A DNA stretch of 64,000 nt, from the IMG/VR virus record IMGVR_UViG_3300028833_000110, positions 31,832 through 95,831 of that record; one strand, written 5' to 3'. The notes under the pieces were generated by a model. That model made no database searches, was not told the DNA's origin, and saw nothing but the letters and a program-made list of their open reading frames with translations. Source of the DNA: a virus. Taxonomy: Duplodnaviria; Caudoviricetes. The position numbers were made by a program, and so were the translations under genes. The first letter of the stretch is position 1. Every line of letters starts with the position of its first letter. Shown here piece by piece: positions 17,918 to 27,994 of this stretch.

Positions 17918-20086
17918 TTATATCAAATCATGCCATAAAGTATGATACTCATATTCACTTATCTCTGTGACTTTATTGAAAAATTCCTCTTCATTATCGA
18001 ACATCAATCGAATAAGATTTAATTCATCATCATTACAAGAGTGATGATTAATCCGATTATTGATAATTGTAATTCCACTGGCTATTACACAGAATTTTTC
18101 TTGTTCAAGTATATTCTTTGTCTCATACTTGGGGTCATGAAGATAATATACCTCATTATCCTTAACATACTTTAGATAGCAACATTTCTTCAGTTTTTCT
18201 TCTGATTTCGTCTCTAGTAAACTAAGGTCTCGTAATATACCCCTATTTTCTAAATTAAGGCAATGAGTTACTTCTTTTCTTACTACATCTATATCTCTTC
18301 TTTCAAAATCCCACCGACGACTGTCTTTTGTTTCCCAACAAAAGAAGGTTCCATCAGCATTTTTGTGAAAATTCTCTATCAACCAGGGTTTTTCATCAAT
18401 CTCTAACGGGAGGTCTACATCTGGGTTTTCTACTTCTGGGCTTTTTATTACGTTCACTTCCTTAAACCATATTTTATCAGGATTAACTGTTTCTGCTCTG
18501 AAGAATCGTCTCTCCATACCTTTGGATTCTTCACAAACCTGAAGCATTTCAAACCAATCTCCAACTTTTATGCCAAGATCTTTTGCTGTATTAGGTTTGT
18601 TTTCGGGAGTAGTTGATTTTATGGAAGATGAGTTTTGAAGGTTGACTTCATTTCTAAGAGTCATGAATTCTTCTTCTGAGATGACCTCAATCAAACTATG
18701 TGTATCATAAAGCAGCTCTTTTCCCGCCGGATAGTCTTTTTCTGTACGGTAATGACAGCTATTTTTGCTATCAATGGGAATCTCAAATGCTATTTCTGGA
18801 TAAAATACTATTGAACTATGTGCTACGTTCATATACACCTTATCCCCTCTTTTTGCCCTGTTAACTTTTATACAGGCTGCTACTCCGCTAGTAAGAGGTT
18901 TAACTATTATACATTTCCCACTAAAGTCTATACCTTTTTCTAAGAAATTCTCTATTGTCATCAACTTCTTATTAGGGTTGGGTATCAACATTAGTCGTTT
19001 AAATGTCCAATCGATAGTAGTACTCCAACTTCTTAGTGTTTCAAGTACCTCTTCTTTAGATATTTTCTTAAACTCTATAAAGAGATCTTCTGATTTAAAG
19101 TAAATTTTCCCTTCCTCTCTAAAAAAGCTTTCTTTATTCCAGGGTTCACTCTCTATTGATTGGTCAAGTCTTATATTTCTAGGTCTTACATTTTCCAAGA
19201 AAATAGAATCAGTTTCTATTTTACTTACGAAAAAGATACTCTCTAAATCTAGACTACAACAAGTATAGTATTCAGTACCCCTCAACCAATCACCAACTTT
19301 CAAGTTTAATTCCTCTTTCGGTTCCTCTATTCTTTTCTTTGAAAGAGAATCAGTAGTTGGTTTAGTTTCAGGTTGTAGTTGATGTTCAATTTCTCTTAGT
19401 TTTTCATCATACTCTTCCTTCGTTATTTTCTGACCTCCTATAATACTACCGTCTTTTATTTGAAATTTCCATTTTATTGCTATTTCTTCTTTTAATTTTT
19501 TAGGTATTCCGTTATCTAGTGTGTAATTAAACCCATCACCAGAAATTAGATATCTATCAAATCTAGTTCCCATATCTAAGCGAGATACAGAAGTTATCTT
19601 TACATAATATTCTCTACTTGAATTAAAAGAAGCATTGAAAGGGGAACTATAATGATAATAATCACCAACTTTAGGTTCATCCTTAGAAGTAGTTGATTGT
19701 TTGGAAGATGATTTTTTCTTACCAACTTCAAAGCACTCTAATATTAGTGAAACACCATTAACCTTCTTAAGTCGATTCTTTGCCTCATCTTCTCCTATCT
19801 TTTTTAGTTTTAGATGATCGTATTTTAGAATATCCTTTACTTTTTTGAAGTTCTTAATTTTATAGTCCCAACATAATACTTCCGATAGTTCTCCATCATC
19901 TATGCCAATCTCCACAAGTATTACGCTTGCCTGATTCAAGGATTTTACCATATAGAAATACTCAAATCCATGTTTAGAACCACCAATATCTTCAAACCAA
20001 TCTCCAACTTTTATGCCAAGGTTAAGAGTTGGTTCTTTCTTCTTATTGTTTTTTCCTCTTCTAAAGTTTTTATTCTCTTTTTTCAT
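17918..20086 (-). CDS. Repeat-domain protein (KVGDW/KVGDY modules)
   Basis: LGIKVGDWFE x2, PKVGDYY, LKVGDWL separated by S/T-rich linkers. Confidence 0.75.
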   Translation of the reverse strand: MKKENKNFRRGKNNKKKEPTLNLGIKVGDWFEDIGGSKHGFEYFYMVKSLNQASVILVEIGIDDGELSEVLCWDYKIKNFKKVKDILKYDHLKLKKIGEDEAKNRLKKVNGVSLILECFEVGKKKSSSKQSTTSKDEPKVGDYYHYSSPFNASFNSSREYYVKITSVSRLDMGTRFDRYLISGDGFNYTLDNGIPKKLKEEIAIKWKFQIKDGSIIGGQKITKEEYDEKLREIEHQLQPETKPTTDSLSKKRIEEPKEELNLKVGDWLRGTEYYTCCSLDLESIFFVSKIETDSIFLENVRPRNIRLDQSIESEPWNKESFFREEGKIYFKSEDLFIEFKKISKEEVLETLRSWSTTIDWTFKRLMLIPNPNKKLMTIENFLEKGIDFSGKCIIVKPLTSGVAACIKVNRAKRGDKVYMNVAHSSIVFYPEIAFEIPIDSKNSCHYRTEKDYPAGKELLYDTHSLIEVISEEEFMTLRNEVNLQNSSSIKSTTPENKPNTAKDLGIKVGDWFEMLQVCEESKGMERRFFRAETVNPDKIWFKEVNVIKSPEVENPDVDLPLEIDEKPWLIENFHKNADGTFFCWETKDSRRWDFERRDIDVVRKEVTHCLNLENRGILRDLSLLETKSEEKLKKCCYLKYVKDNEVYYLHDPKYETKNILEQEKFCVIASGITIINNRINHHSCNDDELNLIRLMFDNEEEFFNKVTEISEYEYHTLWHDLI

Positions 20087-20163
20087 AATATATATAATTT
20101 TATAATATATTATATATAAGGAAATAATAACTACTAGAATCGGAACAATTATAACTAATTTTT

Positions 20164-21165
20164 TTATTGAATTGGATGTATACGACTTTCATATTTACTC
20201 CAAACGGGAGTGGCAGATTTGTATGCACTTACACTCTCTGTTGGTACATAAATTGGACAACTACCTGTATTAGTAAACACATCTTCACCGAGCCCATCAT
20301 CTTCTATTGTGGGTGGATTTATTGCTTCACATACTATTGATTCTAGATTAGTACAACCAGTGAATGCACAATATCCTATTTCTGTGACTAAACTAGGTAT
20401 TCTTATTGAAGTTAAACTAGTACACCCATAACACATACTCGATGGTATTGAAGTAACAGAATTAGGGATATTAATAGAGGTTAAGTTAGTACACCCCATA
20501 AATACATCCTCCCCAAAACTAGTAACAGAATTAGGAATATTAATAGAGGTTAAACTAACACAATCCTTGAATACATCCTCCCCAAAACTAGTAACAGAAT
20601 TAGGAATATTAATAGAAGTTAAATTGGTGCACCCATGAAAAGTCTCATCATCTATTTTTGTATTAGTAATGGAATCTGGAATATTAATAGAAGTTAGTTT
20701 TTTGCAGAATCGAAAAACTCCAAAACCAATTGAAGTAACAGAATTAGGAATATTAATAGAGGTTAAATTCGAACAATATTCAAACGAACAATCACCAATA
20801 CTAGTAACAGAACTTGGAATATTAATAGAAGTTAATCTAGTACACTGAGAGAATACACTGCCTCCAATACTAGTAATGGAATCTGGAATGACAACTGAAA
20901 CTAATTCTTCATTCCAAGAAAATATTTCTGGTATTGATGTTAAAGCTTCTTTAAACTTAATAATACCTTTACCGTTATTATAGGTATTACTTTTTATTAT
21001 CTCTGATAGATCAGTAAAGTTTATTGCATTTCCACTAACACTAGTATACCAAATTTCATCATTAGGAGGTAGTATTATTTGGTTTTTTTTTGTTTTATTT
21101 AATATACTCCTAATTCTTAATAGCCAATCTTTTTCGCTATTGTTTAAATAAAGATTCTTATTCAT
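20164..21165 (-). CDS. BspA-type leucine-rich repeat protein
   Basis: About 8 C..LTSINIPNSVTSIG..F repeats. Confidence 0.9.
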   Translation of the reverse strand: MNKNLYLNNSEKDWLLRIRSILNKTKKNQIILPPNDEIWYTSVSGNAINFTDLSEIIKSNTYNNGKGIIKFKEALTSIPEIFSWNEELVSVVIPDSITSIGGSVFSQCTRLTSINIPSSVTSIGDCSFEYCSNLTSINIPNSVTSIGFGVFRFCKKLTSINIPDSITNTKIDDETFHGCTNLTSINIPNSVTSFGEDVFKDCVSLTSINIPNSVTSFGEDVFMGCTNLTSINIPNSVTSIPSSMCYGCTSLTSIRIPSLVTEIGYCAFTGCTNLESIVCEAINPPTIEDDGLGEDVFTNTGSCPIYVPTESVSAYKSATPVWSKYESRIHPIQ

Positions 21166-21184
21166 ATTTATTTTATTATACGTT

Positions 21185-21249
21185 TAACATACAGGGAAAG
21201 TTTACTTACTATCCCCCTCCTGTATGTTATTTTTTTTAATGGGAGATAG
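21185..21249 (-). promoter_or_regulatory. H-type RNA pseudoknot element, copy 1
   Basis: CUAUCUCCC/GGGGGAUAG interleaved with UAACAUACAGG/CCUGUAUGUUA. Confidence 0.6.
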
Positions 21250-21343
21250 ATTTTTATTTATGCGTGGTGAGACTTGGTGCAAAAATTCTAGTCTTGGGTT
21301 ATGGTTCTAAGACTAAAACTCCTGCACCAAATATTCCCCGCGC

Positions 21344-23537
21344 TTAGAACAGATTATTTAACATGCCCTGGAATATTTTTTGGGTTTCTTCTAGGGCGGA
21401 TGATGTTTGAGAGGAGAATGATTGAATAGTTTTGCTTACTCCACCATTCATTCCTAGTTCTTGATATTTAGAATAGTGATAGTAGCAATTGAAGAGAGCA
21501 CCAGAAACAGCATCAGCAAGGTCTTTACTCCCCTCTAGCTTATTCCCTTCCATTCCCGCATGATCAAACTCATAACAACTTGAAACTAAGGGGTGATCTA
21601 TTTTACAATGCTCTCCGTTAACTCCATTATAAGTCACTAATAGCTCACTACATTCTCGTAAAAGTATGTTGATATAAGGAAGCTCTAATCTTTCTGAATT
21701 TACTATATTCTTAAAGACGTTATAAGCCTCCATAGTTTTATCTACGGAAAGGGGTCTGTAGGGAATTCCATCTCTTTCAGCATTTTGTAAGATTCCGGCA
21801 CTAGCAAAAGAGTCAGCACTAAACTCGACGATATATCCATTTTTCACTAAGTCTTGTAAAAATTGATAGAGGTGGTCTAGTGATGTAGCCTGTCCCTTCT
21901 TTCTGGAAACAACAAATGCTAATGGAACTTTGAATTTGGGAAGTGTATATTCTCCTACTTGTTTTTCCCCATCATAATAACATAAAGCTATCCCAGTTTT
22001 ATCCTTCTTCAATCCTATATCATAATGTACATATAGTGAAGTGCCTCGTGGAATTCTGTAGATCATATTTTCGACATGAGAATATATACTATCTTCCTTA
22101 TCATAAAAATCGACTATAATTTCCTCGGGACTGTAATTCTTTAGGGTTGAGCAGTTTATGAGATGAGATATATTACCGTTGAAGAATCTCTCATCGCCGC
22201 TATAAGATACTCCCGCTAAGTCTCTAAGATTTCGGATTGGGTCGGCCAGGAATTTAAATTTGGCAGAGATGGGAACATTAATCACTCTGTCAGGATCTAA
22301 TCCAGATTTCTCCAGATCTTCGGAGTCTTCGATCACGCGGGGACCTGTAATATTATCTCCTTTATAGAACCTAAAAGTCTTACCATTAGACTCAAGGTAT
22401 AGTGGATCATAACGTATATCCCATTGTGCAAATCTACAGCGGTATAATTCCTCTGGGGGAACGAGAGATTCAAACTTAGTAACAGCAATATTATCCGGGT
22501 CCCTCGCTGAGCTGTCACAAACTACATGTCCATAAACAAATCTTTTATCAGCAAAACGAGAATCATAACGAGTCACAACTTCTGAAGCTCGAGCAGCCCC
22601 CTCCGAGGACCTCCAGAAGCCCAGCTCTGATAAACAGGCATATATCAAATTTCTTATTTTATAATAATTTTTTATTATATTAGACTATATCTTGTATTAA
22701 AACAGTATATACATAGTCTTTGAACTACTTTAAATTAAAGTAGCTGCTGATTTAATATATTAATTATTTCCAGCAATTCTTATACTATGAGCAAACTTTT
22801 TACTCCGATGACATGACTCCCGCTAGAAGGACCCGAGGGGATAAAACGAATGGGTGGTTTATGATAAGGACTTCTAAAATAAGGACTTGTATCAAACACT
22901 AAGTCAACATAATTTTTGAAGTCTCTTTTGGCAGTCTCGAAAGAATTGTGAAAGAAAGCCATTCCTAGTTTACTGTTCGCAATCCCAAGAGACTTAAATA
23001 CATTTGTACAGCAATCCAATCTATGGTAAGTATAGAGTGCTAGGATCTTACTGATAGTTGATTTTCCAAGTCCACAGTTTTATAATATTTCTATTATGAT
23101 AAGACTATATCTTCTTTCGTATATACACATAGTCGTTGAATAAGATACATAATTATCTTACTGCTAGTTTAAATCGGAATTTGTTTCTAGCAATTCTTAT
23201 ATAGGCCGCTGGACTTTCTGTTAACGGCACCCCCAAGAGAAATCCAGGGGTATTTTGTAGTAATTGAATTTGGATAAATCTTTTCTAATTCAGCATACCA
23301 TGGATCAAATAATGCTTTTCCATGATTAAATAAGTTATCATCTCCCATAAAATAATCATCACATATAAATCTTCTTATAGTCACTGGTTTATGATCCATC
23401 CCCAGTAATTTACACGCTGCTAATATTTTCTCCTCATTAGAAAGTTTATTATATTCAGATTCAAGTATGTTTTGGTTTATATCTGATGAAATAGAAAGAG
23501 TAGGATCATCACCTATATTTATATTACTGTTTTTCAT
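21344..23537 (-). CDS. terL: Terminase large subunit, 3 exons: 23224-23537, 22802-23074, 21344-22652 (631 aa spliced)
   Basis: Splicing restores Walker A GGAVGLGKST and HVIGVNLIYACLSE (Walker B-like); RNase H-like nuclease YVHYDIG..KD.TG, KIDHP, SKDLADAV. Confidence 0.85.
22653..22801 (-). ncRNA. Group I intron 2 in terL (149 nt)
   Basis: P AATTGCTGGAAA, Q AATCAGCAG, R GTTCAAAGACTA, S AAGATATAGTC; P1 GAGU/GCUC with U.G; terminal G; P10. Confidence 0.85.
23075..23223 (-). ncRNA. Group I intron 1 in terL (149 nt)
   Basis: P AATTGCTAGAAA, Q AAACTAGCAG, R TTCAACGACTA, S AAGATATAGTC; P1 GCCGU/GCGGC; P10 AGUCCA/UGGACU; terminal G. Confidence 0.85.
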
Positions 23538-24831
23538 ATTCTTCTACTTTTTTAGGTTCTATTATGGGAATGATGGAGCTAATGTCTTCCCCATATATCA
23601 ATATCTTTTGTATTATGTCGAAAATATCATTAAATTCTTTTATATTGTATGGTATAACGATTAATTTTATCGATTTCCTCTCACAATACTCTTTTATAGC
23701 ATCGTCTCGTAATAATTGTTTAGAATAGTCTTCAATAGACCTTTGAAAGTCGTGATCCCAGAAATAATGTTGAGATCCATTATATTCAATTATATAAGTA
23801 GATCCTTTATAGTTTTCTAAGTAAAAATCAACATAAACCCTTTTTTGAACATTAACTAATTCAAACATTTCCTCACTATCAATCCGAAACTGAGGTGTAT
23901 ATTCAATTCCTAAATTATCTAATACATGAGCTACATGTTTCTCTCCTCTAGACTTAACTCGATCGAAGTTAAATATGCCTCGTAATAAATTTCCTGCTGG
24001 TACAGAGTATTCCTTACCTGTTCTACGATCTATTACTATTACATTAGTATCTCTTCCAACACGACTATTGGATCTTAAATAAACCGCCTTTGATAAATCT
24101 ATTATATCTCCGTAAATTTCCCTAACCCTTTCTTCAAACTCTTCTTGCGATATAGCATTCTGTCTTCCTACGGATAATCTAGCACAATTTGGGCATTGTC
24201 CAGTTCCATAATAATGCTCTCCGGGCATCTGTTCAAAAAACTCTCCACAAGTAAGACACTGAAGACGTACTTTAGTATGATTATTAACATACTTTGTTTC
24301 ACTATATCCAAATCTACCTGGAAACTTCTCCTTTGATCTTCTTATGAATTCTTCAGTGTCTACATATTGTTCTGTTTTTTCTTTAGATAACATTCCCGCA
24401 CATTGCCTGTTTTCATCTAATACTACTACAAGATCATGATAACTTGTTTCCCACTCTCCTATTACTTTATTTGTTTTAGTAGATACCTCATCTACATAAA
24501 TAGGTACATTAGTCTTTTTGTTTCTTATAATATCTGGAACATTACTGAAGTCATAATTAAAAATTCTTTTATTCTCAATTTCCCTAGAGTTATAATATCC
24601 TTCTATAAAATCCTCTTTCAGGATTATACCTTTTCCAATAGACCATCTTAATCCATCTTCTTTTATGTGTTTGAGAACAAATTGTTTAGTATGTCTGTGT
24701 TTATCAGTGGCATTAGAAAACCACCTTAATCTCTTCTCTACTCTCTCCACACTAACTCCTAATTCTTTAGCTACACCTTCGACCGTGTACTTTTCTTCAA
24801 ATGGAAATTCTTCTCTTTTACCGTTTTGCAT
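23524..24831 (-). CDS. Free-standing homing-endonuclease-like protein (Zn-ribbon repeats plus Vsr/PD-(D/E)xK-like domain)
   Basis: C..CG..F....HY.G.GCP.C repeats; SRGE, YVDFYL, IIEYNG.QH, D..K..YC....I.LI.IPY. Confidence 0.75.
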   Translation of the reverse strand: MQNGKREEFPFEEKYTVEGVAKELGVSVERVEKRLRWFSNATDKHRHTKQFVLKHIKEDGLRWSIGKGIILKEDFIEGYYNSREIENKRIFNYDFSNVPDIIRNKKTNVPIYVDEVSTKTNKVIGEWETSYHDLVVVLDENRQCAGMLSKEKTEQYVDTEEFIRRSKEKFPGRFGYSETKYVNNHTKVRLQCLTCGEFFEQMPGEHYYGTGQCPNCARLSVGRQNAISQEEFEERVREIYGDIIDLSKAVYLRSNSRVGRDTNVIVIDRRTGKEYSVPAGNLLRGIFNFDRVKSRGEKHVAHVLDNLGIEYTPQFRIDSEEMFELVNVQKRVYVDFYLENYKGSTYIIEYNGSQHYFWDHDFQRSIEDYSKQLLRDDAIKEYCERKSIKLIVIPYNIKEFNDIFDIIQKILIYGEDISSIIPIIEPKKVEEYEKQ

Positions 24832-24997
24832 AATCTTACTTTAACTGCTTCCCGAGATATGTTATTATTCTTATCTTATTCATTTTATTTCTAGCATGTT
24901 TAAAAATGTGAGGAGTACTTAAGGTAGCTATTCTTGTTCCTCCTCACCCTTAAGATTATGCTAGAACGGGTTTTATCTCTTCGTCAGTTTTCCTTAG

Positions 24998-25048
24998 ATC
25001 TCGCAGTGTAATCGAATACTACATCCCCTACCTATGATGCTGCGAGAT
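24998..25048. repeat. Conserved hairpin element B, copy 1
   Basis: ATCTCGCAG/CTGCGAGAT stem enclosing GTGTAATCGAATACTAC. Confidence 0.65.
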
Positions 25049-25067
25049 TATAACCGCGCATATTCTT

Positions 25068-25511
25068 TTACGCTTTTATTCCTTTCTTGATTAGACTTTT
25101 TGGATTAAGCTTTTTTTTCAATTTCCATTTTCTATCTTCATTCAATAGTCTTAAACCGTTATAATCATTAGAACTCTTTAGTTTATTGTACCTAGCATCA
25201 TAATTATAAGTGTTTTTTTTCACGTAATCTTTATCAAATCTTTCCTGTCTTACTCCTCTTTCTGGTGTAAACTCTATATCTCCACGATCTCGTGATCTAG
25301 CATTATGTATAGCAAGATCTTGCATATTACGCAAATCACCTCTTTTCGTCTTATTATCAATAGGCTCTCTTAGTTTATCTAAAAAACTTGAATCCACCGG
25401 CATACCCGCATTTTCGTGTTCTTTTATATCATCCTCTATAAATTCTTTAAGGTAATCTATGTTTTTCTTACCCTTCTTACGAGCAAATTCTTTTTGTCTT
25501 AGTATTATCAT
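25068..25511 (-). CDS. Leader-family basic protein
   Basis: MIILRQKEFA. Confidence 0.75.
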   Translation of the reverse strand: MIILRQKEFARKKGKKNIDYLKEFIEDDIKEHENAGMPVDSSFLDKLREPIDNKTKRGDLRNMQDLAIHNARSRDRGDIEFTPERGVRQERFDKDYVKKNTYNYDARYNKLKSSNDYNGLRLLNEDRKWKLKKKLNPKSLIKKGIKA

Positions 25512-25523
25512 TATTTATCATTC

Positions 25524-25592
25524 AACATACAGGGAAAATTTAACTTACTACCCCCCCCCTATATGTTATTTTTTTTACAAATGGAAGGTAGT
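25524..25592 (-). promoter_or_regulatory. H-type RNA pseudoknot element, copy 2
   Basis: ACUACCUUCC/GGGGGGUAGU with AACAUAUAGG/CCUGUAUGUU; ends 12 nt before ATG. Confidence 0.6.
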
Positions 25593-25681
25593 TGATTTAT
25601 TATTTATTATTAATCCCACAACAAACTAGGGATGAAAATTAAGTGATAATCATTTCAATATTACTTTCTACTCTGATTATT

Positions 25682-26179
25682 TCATAGCCTCTCAATTTCT
25701 TTACATATTTTTTTAGCTAAGTCTCTTTGGTTTCCAGGTTCAAAATCTTCTGGGGAAAAATATCCCTTCATTATTTCTTTAGGGTCTACTTTTTCAAACT
25801 TCTTTATAAATAATCCCTTCTTCACATACCACTCTTTTCCTGATACATCACACCATAATTTAGCGGCGATCTCAGAATATCCAAATTCCTCTGCTGTATC
25901 TAAGTTATCATAGAAAAGGCACACATATTCTTTCCCATCCTTTTCTTCTGTATATGGTCCCTCAGGAAACTTTTCTGGTTCGAATACAATGGCAGCATGT
26001 ATTAATTCTTCTTCTTCCGTAAGTTCTGAAAATTCTTTGATAAGGGGATTAATTTTATCTAGGAACTCAACATAAAGGGAAGGGTAATTCAAGGCTTTAA
26101 GTTTTTTTATCTCATCATTCCCAACTACAATTCCAGTATGATGTCTCCAAGCAAACTCTTTTTGTCGTAGTATCTTCAT
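25682..26179 (-). CDS. Leader-family acidic protein
   Basis: MKILRQKEFA. Confidence 0.75.
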   Translation of the reverse strand: MKILRQKEFAWRHHTGIVVGNDEIKKLKALNYPSLYVEFLDKINPLIKEFSELTEEEELIHAAIVFEPEKFPEGPYTEEKDGKEYVCLFYDNLDTAEEFGYSEIAAKLWCDVSGKEWYVKKGLFIKKFEKVDPKEIMKGYFSPEDFEPGNQRDLAKKICKEIERL

Positions 26180-26484
26180 AGCTTTAATTTTTTAGTTTGT
26201 CTCTTTATCATCTCTTCTTCCTGCCGGTTGAAGGTGTCTGTATTCGCTAGTCTTTGTTCTGGAGTTAGTTTTTCTGTATTCTTTCCTGCCCCTAATATAT
26301 TAACTCTTGCCTTTCCCACATTTTTAGCTCTTCTCGCCTGTCTTCTTCTTTTTCTTTCTATCTTTCCCTCAAGAGCATCAGTAACCCTAGCTCGTTCAAG
26401 ATCGCTTAATTCACTTCCCTTTTTATGAATAAACCTGGAAATAGCTTCATGATAAGAGTAATTATTTTGTCTCAGTATTTTCAT
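26176..26484 (-). CDS. Leader-family basic protein
   Basis: MKILRQNNYS. Confidence 0.7.
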   Translation of the reverse strand: MKILRQNNYSYHEAISRFIHKKGSELSDLERARVTDALEGKIERKRRRQARRAKNVGKARVNILGAGKNTEKLTPEQRLANTDTFNRQEEEMIKRQTKKLKL

Positions 26485-26911
26485 TATCTCTACTCCTTCT
26501 TTTTTTCTTAGTTATTTTATCGTAAGCTATTCCTCCAGCTGTGGCTCCAATAACAGTAGCTGGTAAAATAAACTTTGATCTATGTTTAAGAACTGCGTTT
26601 TTTCCAGCCTCTTTACTTTTACTTATTGCCTCTTTTTCATACATTTTTTTCAGTTGTTCTACTTGAGAAATTGAATCTTTATCTGTTAACTCTTGTGCCA
26701 ACCCTATATTTTTTTTTATTCGTTCTAGTCTATCGTTTAAATCTTTATTGTAGTTCTTATTAAATACTTCATCTTTTCCTTTCTCAGATAAAGCATAACC
26801 ACCAACAGCACCAATTCCAGCACCGACAGCCGAAGAACTAGCTATTCCAATTTTATTAGCTAGACCCTTCTTTTCTTTTTTCTGCTCTTGTTCTTTTCTC
26901 TTTATTTTCAT
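26462..26911 (-). CDS. Leader-family glycine-zipper protein
   Basis: MKIKRK; two hydrophobic Gly-rich segments; basic tail. Confidence 0.7.
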   Translation of the reverse strand: MKIKRKEQEQKKEKKGLANKIGIASSSAVGAGIGAVGGYALSEKGKDEVFNKNYNKDLNDRLERIKKNIGLAQELTDKDSISQVEQLKKMYEKEAISKSKEAGKNAVLKHRSKFILPATVIGATAGGIAYDKITKKKRRSRDNENTETK

Positions 26912-27225
26912 TTTTTTAATATTAATCTGTCTCCTGTAATTCCTTTGTAGTCCTTTGGTATATTTTCTTCTCCACCAAAAATAGAATAAGCATTAGTTCC
27001 TTTACTAATCTTTTCTCCTCCCCCATGATCTCCAAGTGTTAAACCTGGAAAATCTGGATCTATACCCTCCGAACTATCTAAGAATTCATCATGTATCTTT
27101 TTAAGCTGATTTAAAGTACTAAGTGTATATCCTTCTATATTATCAGCTTTTACGAACTTATTTAAATAAAATTTTAGATCCATCAATTGGGCAATTGTTA
27201 TAGAGGTCTCGAAAAAAGTCGACAA
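26908..27225 (-). CDS. ORF overlapping gp26-like gene in +1 frame (possible frameshift extension, gp51-like position)
   Basis: Frame opens just before TTT TTT CGA of upstream ORF; TTG start only. Confidence 0.55.
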   Translation of the reverse strand: MSTFFETSITIAQLMDLKFYLNKFVKADNIEGYTLSTLNQLKKIHDEFLDSSEGIDPDFPGLTLGDHGGGEKISKGTNAYSIFGGEENIPKDYKGITGDRLILKK

Positions 27226-27907
27226 TGAGATTTTCTACACTCACTGCCACTAACCCCCTTTCTCCCTTCTCTATACATCCTGGACAAGTTAATTCAAGGG
27301 GTTCTAGTCTATCATAGTAAATATCACGAAGAGCCATAAGAAGGGTTATATCTTCGTGAACAGCCCCTAATACATCCTGCTCAATCTGGTTTCCATCAAG
27401 ATCAAAATTCTTCATCAATGCTATAGTTTTGATCATTTTAAGGTCTGTAATTTTTCTATATTTTAAGTATTTTTCAAAGACCTTAAGAAAATCAGAAACC
27501 GTAGGAATAGTGACATCATATTTATGCCCCGACAACTCTATAACAGCCCCATTCATTATTTTATCATCAATTTGCTTAAAATGTATGTCGGTTTCTAGAT
27601 TAATTTTCTTTCTTATCTTAGTACCACATTCAGGACAAGTTATGGAAAGATCATAAGTTAGGTCCCCGGAAACAGTACAAAGCTTCTTATAAAAAATTAA
27701 GAAGTCAACATCCATTACATAACAGTTAAGAACATTTTTATCTTCCTTAATTAATAATTTTATATCAAATAAGTATTTTTCTAGGGGATCTTTGGGTACA
27801 TTCTCTAGGTATTGTGTTAGCTCTAAAAACGTCATAGGGCTAACAGATAAAGAGGGAAAATCATAACCATATCCCCCACTAGGTAATTGCGAAGTTAATA
27901 CTATCAT
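27158..27907 (-). CDS. T4 gp26-like baseplate hub/tail assembly protein
   Basis: LPSGG..Y, D.DFL, TCPECG, PTV.D, TCPGC, ..DFF. Confidence 0.65.
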   Translation of the reverse strand: MIVLTSQLPSGGYGYDFPSLSVSPMTFLELTQYLENVPKDPLEKYLFDIKLLIKEDKNVLNCYVMDVDFLIFYKKLCTVSGDLTYDLSITCPECGTKIRKKINLETDIHFKQIDDKIMNGAVIELSGHKYDVTIPTVSDFLKVFEKYLKYRKITDLKMIKTIALMKNFDLDGNQIEQDVLGAVHEDITLLMALRDIYYDRLEPLELTCPGCIEKGERGLVAVSVENLIVDFFRDLYNNCPIDGSKILFK

Positions 27908-27936
27908 ATTTTTATTCCATTTTTAAGTTATATTAG

Positions 27937-27981
27937 TTCCCAGAGTGTAATTGAATACTACCTCAGTTTAGGCTCTGGGAA
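27937..27981. repeat. Conserved hairpin element B, copy 2
   Basis: TTCCCAGAG/CTCTGGGAA enclosing GTGTAATTGAATACTAC. Confidence 0.65.
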
Positions 27982-27994
27982 ATTATAGGGTTAT

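Noticed and set aside
20164-21165. CRISPR array or DGR template/variable repeat
   Set aside because: Repeats are in-frame LRR units with no spacers; no reverse transcriptase or cas gene in the window
22333-23664. ORFs 22333..22518 and 23467..23664, and treating 21344, 22780 and 23187 ORFs as separate genes
   Set aside because: The first two are alternative-frame or antisense noise; the others are exons of one terL
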